A stretch of DNA of 64,000 nt, from the NCBI RefSeq assembly GCF_004010195.1, contig NC_057719.1, positions 67,335,065-67,399,064 on the forward strand. The letters run 5' to 3'. The translations under genes and the position numbers were made by a program. Below are positions 38,296 to 52,269 of this stretch, piece by piece. The DNA comes from Chiloscyllium plagiosum. Its lineage: Eukaryota. The first letter of the stretch is position 1; the number at the start of each line of letters is the position of its first letter. The notes under the pieces were generated by a model, which searched no databases, was not told the DNA's origin, and saw only the letters and a list, made by a program, of their open reading frames with translations.

Positions 38296-41200
38296 CACCA
38301 GATTTATGTAATTAGTCATAATAGGCCCTGTATTTTTAACGTGAAGCTGAACTGCAGCACCCTAACATCAAAATATTTTTCTTGAGTATCTGCTAACCAA
38401 AACTGAACATAATTCTTCAGATGAATCTGTTCCAGGTCAAGTTGCAACTAAGATGGCTCATCCCTTAAGACCTGCCACTGGCCATGCAATGCCCTGGGAG
38501 AGATCAAAATAGGGCATTTTCAGGAAAGGAAAAAAAACAGAAAACCTCATTGACAAACTACATATCCCCATATACCACCTTGCCCCACAAAGGTGTTAGC
38601 AAAAATGATTTCCGTGATAAATAATGAATCCAAGAGACACCACCCAACATTCCAACTTATGTTAATATGCAACACTACCACTCTTCTCAATGAACTTGTC
38701 CAGCTACATTTTCAGTGGATCAGAACCCACTGTATGACCCACAAACTCAATGAGAACTTAGCTTCTCAAATTTACGTGCAATGGCCAAGGGCTCATATCA
38801 ATAAGCAGATTTGCCAATCTCTCATAATAATACATTTACTGAAAAGAACAGTGAACCATTATTCTGCTAAATCCTGCTCCTCAAATAACTCAATCTTCCT
38901 GTCTGCCTATTTTACACACACACGCATATTTTTTAAATCATCTGAGATCCAATCGAAATACCTCCTCTGAACTTCTTCCAGGGCTTCTGTACCTCAGACC
39001 ATGTGGAGGCACCAGAGTTAAATACAGCATTCTCAATGAGGCCCAACCAAAGGTCTTGCAGCAAATATAGAAAAAGATAAATCCATGGATTTCCTGTTCA
39101 TTAAGTTGTTGCTAATTCTCAATGAATGTCATCTTAGTGAAGTGAAAGGCTTGATATGCTGAAATTTGATCAGGACAAACAATTTCCCATTGAATGATTT
39201 GACTCCATACACAATTAAATCAGTTACTGTAAATCCAAACGTAGAGTAAATACTGCAGTCATGTCAACTACTGTACCATGTAATAGAAAAAATTCCAAAT
39301 GACATGAAGCTCTCCCTGAAATACATTTAAACCAAACAATCCCTAATGACTTTTTGCACTTCTGCTGCAACCAAAACTGGAAACAAACATGTTGATATTA
39401 ATGCATTGGGAACTGCCACATTATTATGTAATATTACAGCATTACAAAACTCAAGTTTATTCAGTGAAGAAAATGTAATTTTCTGAAATGTTTCATATTC
39501 CCACATAATTGAGTTTTGTTCTCCATGTGAAATTTACAGTTAATATATATTTTGCAAATGCTTTGATGCTGAAAAGCAGCAAAGACTCCCTTTTATAGAG
39601 TAAACTTTGAAAATTTATTCTAGTGATTAGCAAAAATGAATCCAAACTCGAGGTAAAACCTGTTTTCAGTTATGGCTGCATAATGTTTTTTGAAGTGCAA
39701 AATGCCAGTAAAGGTGTCAATTTCTTAATCAAGTGCAAAACTTAAAATGGAAGTGTAGACTGAAATCTATGTGAACGTCGTCTGGAATTCGACAGATACA
39801 ATTCTAAATATAGGTTAGTGCCAGTGACAGGAGTGGCTCGGTATCTGACAGACTATTGTGCCACCCTAGTGCACTTCACCACCTGAGGCACTGGTTCCAG
39901 GTTTGATCCAAAACTAGTCTGACAGAGTTAATCAAAATGTTTTCCAGCTTGATCCACATTGTGTAAATCTGCATATATTTGTTTTTAGAGCAAAGCTGGA
40001 CATGTGATCAAATGATTTATTGACAGCAGGAAGGAGTAAGCCTTGATCCACACTGAATTAGACTGATCAAAAAAATGTGATATGGTAGCCTGCAGGGTTT
40101 GGATCTGCAGTTTGTTTGTTTTATTTAAAGCTGTCACTGAAATTTGACATTTTTATAACAGGCGCGTTTGGCAACATAATCATGGACCATAAAATAGAAA
40201 TGCAAAAAAAGTATAATTCTCTCTCCCTAGAAAAGAAATAAATAAAGGGTACACAAAGCTGCTACCAGGACATAGCTTAAAAGGAGCTACAAATCACAGT
40301 TGGAGAGAGTAGAACTAAAAGAAAATCCTCCAAAAAAGGGATTGAAATGGTTTCAGCTGAGAGATCACATGGGGCGAGATGTTAAGATGTAAGTTCAAAT
40401 GATCTGCCTTAAAGATGGAAATTGCTGAGATGAGGGAAGGGAATTAAAGGTGAGCCTGTGGAGGAACTAGAATGACCTCCAAACTTCTCCAGAAATTTTT
40501 GCTTTAAGGAAGGAGGAGGAAATGCTGTATCAGAAAACAAAGACCACCAACTGTCCAATTACATTTGCTTTTTCGGGACAGTAAACACAGCCTGAAGTCT
40601 GCTATCAATATAGACAAATTCAAAGTACTGTTGTGTTGAAACCTGATTAGAAGTGGCAAGCCTCCCAAAAATCATCAGGGCAAGATTATAGAGAACATGA
40701 ATTTGTAACAACTCCTCAAAGAATTTTCAATCCTAGTACTTAAGTAATGACTCGGGAATTTTCACAACATATTAGTAGGATTTCCAATCTTTCTGTACTT
40801 CTCCAGCAATATTCTGTCCAACAAATCCTCATCCAAGAAAACTATTGTGGGAGCTTTATTAAGGATTTTAATCAGCTTTAAAGTCAAATAGCAAGAGATG
40901 TGCTGGCAAAGTTATAATGATGGGCAAAAAATTTGATTTGATATCACTGGGACCACAATGTCACATTCACCCCGCTACTGAGCCATAGCTGCCGAGCTGC
41001 ATCGGGTCAAAGCACCACTTCTACTCAGAAGTAACAGGGCTTGAATTACTTTTGCAACATCAAATCTCTGGTAGTGTAAAACTAATCTGTCTCAGGACAA
41101 TTCAAGCCAGCTCATATTTCTGATTATTGAGTGAAGAATTAGACATTTGGTAAATTCTGGCCCTGTCACTTTCCCAGCCATATGGTAATTGCTGTCTTAG

Positions 41201-41420
41201 GAGAACTTAGTTTAGTAACTTTTGTTCTTCATGGATTAGCAACTTCAGATACTGATGGTTTTTTTAAAAATGATGTTTTGCATTAATTGCTTTTTTTACA
41301 AGGTAGACTTTTCTTTGCCACCTCAGCAATACCTCTTTCGTAGACAGTATTGGGGTTCCTAGCTGACAAGTTTGGAAAATGAACAGAGATATTCCAGGCA
41401 GTTCAAGCTGCATGAAAGAT

Positions 41421-41482
41421 CTCCCCCTCTCTCTCCCTCTCTTTCTCTCTCTCCCTCTCACGCGCACGTGCACACACACACA
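41421..41482. repeat. Compound (CT)n/(CA)n microsatellite
   Basis: Directly visible. Confidence 0.85.
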
Positions 41483-41629
41483 TTTCAAAGGAACAGCAGA
41501 ATCAATGTAGCATTATGAAATTTGAATGCTCGACTAAACATAATGCTACATGATTTCTCATCGAAATGCCAATCAGGATTTTGTTACTTATAGTGACATA
41601 ATTTGAAAAAGAGATTTGCCATTATAGGT

Positions 41630-41742
41630 ATTTTTCATCAACCTGTTCAGAAATGTTTTGACACACTCTGGAGCAAGTGGGATTTGAAACCAGTCATCTG
41701 GCTCAGAGGTACAACCACTACCCTTGTGCTACATCAGCCCTA
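41630..41742 (-). mobile_element. tRNA-derived short SINE
   Basis: Minus strand has A-box-like tagcacaagggt and B-box-like ggtttcaaatccc; similar units at 45520-45770 and 49760-49870. Confidence 0.65.
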
Positions 41743-43401
41743 CACTCATTCAATTGACTGAACTGGTCCTCACCCTCAACAACTTCTCCTTTGAACCCTC
41801 CCAATTCCTTCAGACTAAAGCGGTAGCCATGGCACCCACATGGGCCCCAGCTATGCCTGCCTCTTCATCGAGTGCATGAAACAGTCCATCTTCCGTAGTT
41901 ACAGTAACACTATTTCCCACCTTTTCCTCCACTACATTGATGACTGTATCGGCACCAACTCTGCTCACATGAGGAGGTTGAATGGTTCATCAATGTCAAG
42001 AACGCCTTCCACCCTGACCTCAAGTTCACCTGGACCATCTTGGACGCCTCCCTGCCCTTCCTGGATCTCTCCATTTCCATCTCTGATGACCGACTCAACA
42101 CAGACATCTACTACAAACCCATCAACTCCCACAGCTACTTGGACTACACCTCCTCCTAACAACCTTCCTGTAAAAACGCTATCCCTTACTCCCAATTCCT
42201 CTGCTTCCACCGTATCTGCTCCCAGGAAGAGCAATTCCACTCCAGAACATCCCAGATGGCCTCCCACTTCATTGACTGCAATTTCCCCTTCCACATGGTC
42301 AACAATACCCTCTAGCGCATCTCCTCCACTTTTCATACCTCTGTCCTTGAACCCCACTCCCCTAATCAAAACAAGGACAGAATCCCCCCCACACCCTCAC
42401 CTTCCACCCCAACAACTTCCATATAGAAAGTATCATCGTCCGCCATTTCTGCCACCTACAGTCAGACCCCACCAACAGAGATATATTTCCATCCTTACCC
42501 CTATCAGTGTTCTGCAGAGGCCATTCCCTATGCAACTCCCTCGTTAGGTTCACACCCTCACCAATCCACCCTTCACTCCCGGCACTTCTCTTGCCACCAC
42601 AAGAGGTATAAATTCTACACCCAAATCTCCCCCCTCACCTCCATCCAAGGCCTTCCACATCCAGCAGAGATTTTCCTGCATATCCAAACACCTTATCTAC
42701 TGTGTCCATTGATCTCAATGTGATCTCCTCTATATTGGGGAGACAGGATGCCAACTTGTGGAACATTTCAGAGAACATTTCCAGGACACATGCGCCAAAC
42801 AACCCCACTACCCTGTGGCCAACCACTTCAACTCCCCCTCCCACTCTACCAAGGACATGCACTGCCAAATCCAAGCCATCTGATGACTGGAGGAAGAAAG
42901 CCTCATCTTCCGCCTTCAGACCATCCAAGTACACGGCATCAACATCGATTTCACTTGTTTCCTCATCTCCCCTCCACCCACCTCATCCCAGATCCAACCT
43001 TTAAAACTCGGCCCAAAAGAGAAAATGCTGGAAAATCTCAGCAGGTCTGGCAGCATCTGTAAGGAGAAAAGAGCTGACGTTTCAAGTCTGACTGTCCCTT
43101 TGTCAAAGCTTAAAACTCAGCCCCACCCTCTTGAACCTGTCCCACCTGTCCATCTTCTTTCCCACCTATCCACTCCACTCTCCGCTCTGACCTATCACCA
43201 TCACCCCCCACCTGCATTTACCTATCCCGTCTTCCCAGTTACCTTTCCCCAGCCTCCCTCACCCACCCCTCCCCAACTTAACTCTCAGCCCCCTTGCCCC
43301 TCTACATTCCTGATGAAAGGTTTATGCCCGAAATGTCGACTCTCCTACTCCTTGGATGCTGCCTGACCTGCTGTGCTTTTCCAGTGCCAGACTTCTCGAC
43401 G
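41743..43401 (+). mobile_element. 5'-truncated Penelope-like element (RT, GIY-YIG, pLTR), disrupted by frameshifts and stops
   Basis: ELVLTLNNFSF..AVAMA/MGPSYACLF..HYIDDCIG; LDYTSS..CKNAIPYSQFL; LIYCVH..CDLLYIGETG; hammerhead at 43306-43341; near-TSD acatcagcccta (41731-41742) and acaacagcccta (43402-43413). Confidence 0.92.
43015..43109 (-). mobile_element. Short PLE-derived insertion nested in the PLE, 14-bp TSD
   Basis: ttaaaactcggccc (43001-43014) and ttaaaactcagccc (43110-43123); body matches the 2665/16440 family. Confidence 0.78.
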
Positions 43402-45509
43402 ACAACAGCCCTAGATCTGCCAATGTACGCTTAATTATGAAAAGAGCTTTGTCTTGATGGGACCTTCATGAAGAGAAGACCACTGAGTTTCCTTATTCTG
43501 TTTCTTTGCATTATTCTTACATGCTTTTCATTAGATGTGTGCAGGTAATTTGAGTATGATGTCAGGCAGAGAAACACTACATTTAATTTCGTTAGCATTA
43601 ATTACAAATTATGTGATTAATGTTATCATTTTTAACAGACTTTCATTGAAGAACATAGTAATTGCCAGATGATAAAAGCCTGAATTCATCTTCTTCACCT
43701 TCCAGTCCTGTTAATCACATGATACAGTAATAATTCAGTGGTTGACTAATCATGATAATCAACGTTTATCAATTAATGCAGAATTGGCTCCAAATAAGGA
43801 CCCACCCAGCATGGTGGCAATATTTACAATCCTTGATATACTTAATTGCTGATTTAGTCACAGTTATAGATAGCAATTTAGGAACTTGGAATATTTAAAA
43901 AGAATTATCAACTGATTAAGGGCTCTAATGTTATTCATCACTAACAAATATTTTCTTTGTTAAAAGTACCCAGGACTGACTGCTGTGTGTAAATATGCAA
44001 TATTCCATCATCATTAGCACATCAAATTGAAAGTTTACAAACAATTCTAATCTAATGACTCCTTCATAAAAATTAATTCCTATGTTGCCGGATTGATGTT
44101 TGAAATTATGATTGAACCTTTTCTCATCTGTGGCAGTCGGCTGTTCATCTTGAATTATCTCTTGATCAAGAAGATAACAATAAAATAGTTGATTCTATCA
44201 AGCCACACAGAGATTAATGTAAATTAAGGTAGATGTTGCAAATGATAAATCTTGCATATAAATAAAACAATCTTGGGAAGTAAAAGACTTTGGAATAAAG
44301 TTTTATTTTCTTGTTTTAAAAGCTACAGGATTCTGCATTCAGCTGGGACATTTTCTTTCCCCAGAAGAGGAAATAAATGAACAACTGAGTACGTTGTTTG
44401 AAATGTAGTTCCAAGCTCAAAGAATTTGGTGTGTCCACACGATTGAGTGGAAACTTGCAAATAACTTACCGAGAGGAATGTCAATTGGTCATGTCAACAC
44501 TCCAATCAACCAGTTCTTCCAATAATGCATGAGAAACATTGTTTAACATATAGTGGTAAGCTAATATTAAACCAAGTCCATCAATCGATCAGTTTCTGTA
44601 ACACCTTAGCAAAGAATGCAACATAGGAAGAGCTCTTAGAGATAAAATGGTAGAAATCCATAATATAATCAGGATATGCAGGAAATGCACAGCAGATCAA
44701 TCAGTATCTGAGACAGAAGGTGGTGGTGATGGATCAGGTGGACCCTTTATCAGAACTGTCATGGGTTTCCTGACTGTGTTACTGTGCATATTCAACATTT
44801 TCACTGTTTATATGTTAAGCTTATTCATGATCTTTTCCTCTATATAAAGGAATAAAAGTGCCTGCACTGGTCTGCTTGTAAATTTTGATTTATGTTTTAA
44901 ATTCTGAATATTGAAAAAGCACAGATGGAGCATAATGTAATCCAATTTGGGAAAAAGCACCACATTTACAAATATTTTATGAAAGTTTCACTGACTGGTC
45001 TAGGCTGAAAGAATTAATTGCACTAACAGTGGGAATGGAATTGGTTTGTTTACTTGTGTTGAAAATTGCTTTAGGAGTTTAGAAAATTGGAAAGTATGCC
45101 CATTGTAAATTCCATAGGGAAAACTATTGTATTCTGTGCATATAATGGTAAACTGGACTTTGACCAATACAAAGTATGCTTCTGCTAAACACAAGTCCTT
45201 CCTCACCTTACTCAAAATTACATCATCTCCAAATACATCCTGTACCCTTCAACATGAGCGCATTCTCCATTTCTTATCACCACTGTTCAACATCATCTAA
45301 CTATAATCCTGCCGACTAAACAGTGCCAGGGAGACAAATCATTGACACTGGATCTTCTCCCATTTCTTGACTCCTTCTCCCTTTCACTCTTTCAGATCAT
45401 TTGGCTGTCCAGATTTAGAAATCATATCACAGTGGGACTAGGTTATATAGAGATTTAGTAAGACTTTGTTGCCTTTGTATTATATACCCCTATTTATTAA
45501 ACTTTATAA

Positions 45510-48500
45510 ATTTTAAAATTTAACCTGTTTTTCTGATCGACCTGTTTAACAATGTTATTATGCATCTCTGGAGCACTTGGGACTTGAACCCAGGCCTCCC
45601 AGTCTGGGGCAGGGGCACTGCCAAGATTTCTAAGGGTCTGCATTTTAATTTAATTTTAAAATTTTTTAATCAGCCTATTTTTGTCCAATCAACTTGGACA
45701 ATATACTCTAGAACAGGTAGGACTTGGACGCAGGTCTCCTGGTCTGGGGGTAAATGGTCTGCATTATAAAGGGCCCAGGTGATGGGTTCCAGTTGGGCAG
45801 ACCAAGAGAACTCACACTCAGTGAGCTCTGTAAGGAGATTAATTAGTGATTTCCCATGGGCCTGTAGGAGTTATCACTTCTGTCCCCCACTGCTGTGATG
45901 ATGGGGCCTCTTGTGTCACTTTGCCCATGGCTCCATTCCTGTTGCTTTCTGGGTCTGGTTGAGGGGTGTATAATAAGTAAGCAAACATCTCTTCCATGAA
46001 GACCTTTAAAGAGACACTGCAGGAGCAGTGACCTTTGACCCAGCTTCCACTACTTCTGTCTCAGGATGCCGATGGCGGTGAGAATATCAAAACAATCACT
46101 TATGTGTAGGGTTCCCACCAACAGAGGTGGTTGATGTGCTTTTTTGTGGTCGATGTGCTTTTTTGTGGTCTTCACCCTGGTTTTAACCAGGTACAATCTG
46201 GTAATTTTTTTTTAAGGATAATGCCCACACTCCATGGAGAATTATCAACAACGTTCTTTATGTGGACAGTACCTCCCATTTAAAATCCATGGCTGGTCTA
46301 TATCCATTGTGGCCTGTTTGTTGGGATTATTGTTTTAATTCAGACTTGCCACCCATGTTCAGGCTAAGCATAATTCCAAGGCACTGGCCCATCAATAGTT
46401 CCACCAGGATTACTCCTGCTGTCCTATAGTTGAAGAGTAAATGTGCAACATCCAATGACTCTGAAGTTTGCTTCTCATGCACCTTTTGAATACCTGGACC
46501 ATTCAAGGATGGGTGGTTGGCTGCTGTCTGGATATGCCTTACCCTGCTTGTCATTATAAAAATCTGAAACTTGCTGCTGAATAATGGGATCCTGTTGTCT
46601 GTTACAGGCATACCATGTATGCTATAACATTGGCTGAGATTTTTTAAAGTGTTGTAAGAGCTAGTATGGGCCATTCAGTGAACGTCGATCCATTTTGGAT
46701 GGGCGTCAATAAGGATCAAGAACATAGACCTCATAGGCCCTGGAAAATCTTCAAGGACTGAACCCAGGGTCTTCCTGACCATTCCCATAGTTGCATGAAG
46801 CTGCTGGTGGGGCATTACAGTTTTCTTGGAAAGTTTTGCATCATTAGATCAAGTTTTCAAAATCCATGTCAATGCCAGGCTACTAAACATAGCTCCTTAT
46901 GAGCATTTTCATTGTAGAAATTCCTGGGTGGCCATTGTGCAATCCTGAAGTATTGGTCACTGGCCTGGATGCAGGACAACCACCTGGACCCCCCCCAACT
47001 AAATAATGTCATCTTCCATGCTCAACTCTTGATACTTTGAGACACAGGGTCGCAACACTTCCAGAAGATGCCCATATGGTCCACCATTTCAGATGATGTG
47101 ATGCAGCTTTGCTAATAGAAGATCCTTTTGGGTCCAAGCCTAGATTTGCTTGGCTGATACTGGTAGAATGTCCATGAAGTTTTAAGTGATGATGACTTCC
47201 TTCATCTTCAGAGGTGAAGTTAGGCTGGTGGGTAGAGGCATTTGTCTCAAGGCATCTACATTGGCAAAGTGTCTCCCTGAGCAATGTTCCAAGGTAAGCT
47301 CATTGGCAACAAATAGCAGTGCCCAAGCTGATGCGATGGGAGGAATTGCCTTGTCTTCCTTGAAGAGGTTGAGCAGAAGTGTGTGATCAGTTACTTTGGT
47401 GGAACTTTTTCACTGTGAATACCACACCCAAACCTTCTTTCTTGATCTGAGCATTCCTCCTTTCTGCTCTGCCAGGGTTTGTGATGCGTACGCGATTGGA
47501 TGTTCTGTCCCATCGTTCTAGTGGTGTGATAATACTGCTCTTAATCCATGGAGAGGGCGCATTGCAGATTACAATGAGTGGTCTCATGGGGTCGTAATGT
47601 ATTCGTTAATTTTTGTTTAAAGTTTGCAAAGACTTTCTCTTGTGGCATTTGCCATGACCATTTTTGTTATTTTCTAAGCAGGAGTTGGAGGGCTGCCAGC
47701 AGGATTGCCAGGTTGGGTAGGAATTTCCCATGGTATTTTATGAAACCCAGAAAAGGCTTCAACTTCATTGTGTTCCTTGGATTCAGAGCCCCACAGGGTG
47801 TAAACCATCCTTGGCAACCCTATACATTACTCCATTTTCTTGTAACACACAGTTCTTCCTTTTTAACTGGATGCCAGTCTCAGAAAAATACTGCAAAACC
47901 TCCTACAAACTCTCCAAATGTTCCTTCACAGTAGCTCCTGAAATTAATTCAATATCCAGATAGACTGCCAATTTGGGCATCCCTTGGAGGATGTTCTCCA
48001 TCTCCTCAAAGGGCAAGTGCGGAAATTCATACAGTTCTTTGTGAGTATTTGTAGTGACAAACTTCCTGGATGACTCCTCAAGCTCCAGTTGGAGGTAGAC
48101 ATAGCTCATATTCATTTTAGAAAATATGTGACCCCTCCCCAGCCAGCTTTGCTTATAACTCTTCTATGTGTGGCATAGGGTATCTGTCTATGTGGGAAAC
48201 TCTTGTTGTCTCTCAACTCATAATTTCCTCAGGGACAGACTGAGTTGTCAGGTTTTAAAACTGGAACGAAGGGCACAGCCCATTCAGCAAACTGCACTGG
48301 GTATATGATGTCAAGTTCCTCTAGCTGTTCCAGTTCTCCCACTACTTTGGCATGTTGAACATTGGGGACCAACTGTAACTTGAAGTTGGCCCTCTGGGCC
48401 TACATAGATCTTGAAACTCTTTGTGATATTTACCAATGACTTCATATAGATTGCCAGTACCCTGTTAAAAGATCTGTTTTCAATCCAGGTGGATTTTCTG

Positions 48501-50022
48501 TAGCCAGTCCCTTCCCAAATGGTTGGGACCACACCCTTGCGTCAGACAGTCTGTTGCCCATGTGTAACTGGGGTTACAGTGGTCCCAAGTGAGGGTTTCC
48601 CAGTGTATGTGGTCAATCTAGTCTTGGTGTCTCTCAGACTAAAAGGCAAGATGTCCCGTTCAAGTTCCTTAAAGGTTTCCCCCAATAATAGATACAGTGG
48701 ACACCATGTCACTACCTCCATGTCTGCGGAGCGGGGAGGGGGGGACATTTACCCTGAGTTTTATCTTAACTGTGGTTGCTTTGACAGCAGTGATATAATT
48801 TAACTGTATCAATTTCTCATCCTCAAGCTGATTTATTTGAAGGCGACTTCATGTTGCGACCTGGGTGGTACGTGTTTTCCCCATGTTGGTCACCTTGCCT
48901 GGGGTGGAGCCTATGACCACAGTTGGCCAAAGATGTTCTTGCTCCTCACTGTATTGTGGAGGAACTTCCTACTCAGTTCTAGAACCTTGCAGCCTCTGAC
49001 TCCAATCTCCCTTCCTTGGCAATCCTGCGTACTATCTGCTGGGGATCTGGATCTGCAGTGTGGGGGATTGCCCAGTACGGAGGACAGTAATGCCTATGGA
49101 ATCCTGATGCTTTCAAATCCCTTTTCCTGCATTTTCACTGGGAAGGGCCAGTTCTATGGCTTTCTTGAAGCCTAGATCTGGTTCAGTCAGTGGCTTCCTT
49201 TGGATCACAATATTGTTAATTCACTAAGTAAGTGATCTCTCAGTATTTCCCAAAGTATACTTAATGTTTCACCAACTTCCATAGTCTCATGATGAATTTA
49301 GTCATTGTTTTCCCAGGAAGTCTATTTGCTGTGTTAAATCTGTAACTCTGCAATATAATAATTGTTTGGGGGTCAGTGTGGTCTACTACCATATCTATCA
49401 GTTTATCAAAGAATTTTACTGGGTTGGTTAATCTATATGATGATGAAAGTCAGGATCCCACAACCAGCCAGAGAATGACATTTTCTTGGTGATGCTTTTC
49501 TAACCCGTTTGCCTGAAAAATTACCTCATTCTTTCAGCATACTGGGGCAAATCCTCCACACCCACATCATAAGGTTCCAGTTCCTGAAACAGCAGCATTT
49601 TTCTTATTTCCCCATCATTGCCTTATCGGGTTTGTTGAAAGGTAAGGGTGTCCAAAACTTTTCTTGACTCTCAACAACTCAGGAAGCCTGAGTAGAAAGG
49701 CACATTTGAACACCAAAATAGAGCCATCCTGGGACAGACTGGTCTGCATTTTAAAATAAATTAACCTATTTTTCTAGTCAACCTGTTCAGAGATGCTATT
49801 ATACACTTCTGGAGCAGGTGAGATTTGAACCCAAGCCCTCTCTGTCCAGGAGTAGGGACATTACCTGAACCAAAAGAAAATAGTAAGGGGCTCTCTTGTG
49901 GTGCAGTGGTAATGAGCTCCACTTTGGCAGACCATTGCCTGTTATCAAAGGAACTCCTTCTCAAAGAGATCCATGAGGAGATTAATCAATCATTTCCCAT
50001 GGGTCTTGTCAGGGTCATCACA
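45510..50022 (-). mobile_element. Near full-length decayed Gypsy LTR retrotransposon with two LTR remnants
   Basis: RT LQLELEESSRKFVTTNTHKELYEFPHLPF..ILQGMPKLAVYLD (47903-48115), RNase H AQIKKEGLGVVFTVKKFHQ, integrase GMPVTDN..HIQTAANHPSLNG; direct repeats at 45794-45877 and 49924-50021; purine tract gggggacagaa at 45878-45888. Confidence 0.85.
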
Positions 50023-52269
50023 ACAATATTGCCATTAATTTAAGAAGAAATGAGGTATGAAGAAAATATAAACAATTGCTGAGCAAAAATAGTCAAAGCA
50101 ATAGATCTGATTCATTTTTTAATAAAAAAGAATGATTAATAGTTTCTGACTATTAAAATGTTGAGTCAGCAGTACTAACTTATAACAGTTTATTTGCCTT
50201 TTTCTGTAAGAAGCTGAGACTGAGACAAAATAGCCCCCAAATTCTAATCACTTAAAAAAAGGCAGAGGAACAGGACTAAATGCAGGAACTGGGTTTAACC
50301 TGTGTTTTTCTCTCATGTGCACTCTCCAAGGTGGCCTCTGCAGAAGTGGGACTTGGAAGCAGTTTTGCCTTTCAGCTTAGGTTTTCCTTCTCTCCTAGAC
50401 TAGTGTATGGCTTGATTTTGGGAATTGAGAAGGAGTTGGAAGGCGTGTGTGTATTGAGCAGCCTCTGCCTGTACATATGCATGCATGGGAATTAAGCTCA
50501 CTCCCAATCTCAGAGTTCTCATTCTCATACACACTCTCCTACTCTGTCACAATCTCCCTCTCTCATGCACACATATGCACAGGTTCACATATGTTGTATT
50601 GGTTCTGAAAGGGTTTGTGTGGGAGACTGTATTAGACTTCACCCAGTTTGAGGATGGCACACTGCCTTAGGTGGAGAATTGAAGAACCTAGCTCGAGAAT
50701 CTAATGGGATCAGAACTGTCAGCCCTGACATAGACATAATCACAGAAACTAACCAGTCAATGTAACTTGTACCTATTGCTATCACTGAATAATCTACACC
50801 TTCTTGTTCAGATAAGTACCTCCTGTTAAGTCTCAGGATCCTCTACCACTATTGACAACTAGGACCTTAGAGTCAGTACTGAAAGTAAAACTGATGATGT
50901 CAGCCTACTTCAAATATTAGTAGGTAGTGGTTGGTTCCACAAACATGTGTCATGATGATCAGAGGTGGGATTATTGCTTAAATGCTTTAAAGCAACAATG
51001 GTTAAAAAAAAATGATTAAACCCAGGAGAAAATAACTCCAGGAGATAAGTGAATTTAGTACTTTGAGGACATTAACTCTCTAAAATTACTCCAATAATCA
51101 TTCACCTTCTAATACAGTGAAGCAGCCTGGAAAGAACAGAGGGAACAACAGAGCAAAACTACTTCAAGTTAAAACCTTCACCTGACAGATGGTAAGAAGT
51201 GCAGGAAAGACAATATGGAAAAGGAAAAATAATAAGTTGGAAGTTACAGAGTTCTTAGTGGAAAGAAAGGGTCTAGTTCAAGGTTTGGCTTAAATTCAAC
51301 TATTTTGGAAATAAAATGTCTCTAAGTACAGGATAAAAAATTGAATTAATGGTGCACTGGGCCAGGTTAGGAAAGACAGAAGTCAAAAAGGAGCACTTAT
51401 TATTCACAGCAAGTATTGCTGTCATAGTGAATGCACTCCACACCACAGGACTACAGTAGTGAAATCATGGGTCATATTCATTTATACTGAGTAAATTTAA
51501 GGGGGCAAACAGACAATTTAAAAGATTTAGAAGACAGAGTCTAACAGAATGGGACAGTTAAGAAGAATTTTTAAATTATGATAAAATTGGAAGGTATATA
51601 ATGTTTTTTAACTGCAGAGTTAGCGAGTTGATTTATTAAGGCCACAACCATTTATTTGTTTGAAAAATCGGGAACTGGGATGTGCATCGTATATTAGGCT
51701 ATGAATGGTGTGAAAGCATCTATTTTATCTGCACAGGAACGAGAAAATCCCACCTCGGCTGCAGAAAACTGGAAAAGTACCATTTCTTCTGCAAAAGGTA
51801 GAAGATCACCATTTGATTGCAAGAAAGACAGGAAAGTTGACATCAGGCAGTATCGTGATACAGATTGCTATACAACAGCATTGAAACTTTATTGGAAGAA
51901 AATAAAATGCATTGCTATGACACATTGTCTAAAAGCTTGATGAAAGTTTAAAACACTGGGATTGAAACAACTTGAAGAGATTGCAAGATTAAAAGCTTAA
52001 AAGACAGCAAGTACAAACAGCAATGAGATGCTGCAAATTGAAAATAGCTTTATAATATTAAGAATAAATCTCCACATTATGAAGCAATGGCAAGAGAAAG
52101 AAGGCTACCTCAACAATATAATGTCAGAGATAAGCAATATAGAACATAGCATTAACACCTTAGAGAAAATAATTCTTCAGATCCACAATTACTTCAAAAT
52201 GAAACTGAGCAAATAAATAAATACACGAGTTAGCACCTAATGCTGACATTGCTATGAAATGCCAAAATA

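Noticed and set aside
41660..41742. Possible tRNA gene
   Set aside because: A/B-box-like motifs only; no cloverleaf, and continues into a SINE-like body
41840..42547. 235-aa Ser/Pro/Thr-rich ORF
   Set aside because: Starts in Penelope RT frame then shifts out of frame; not a real protein
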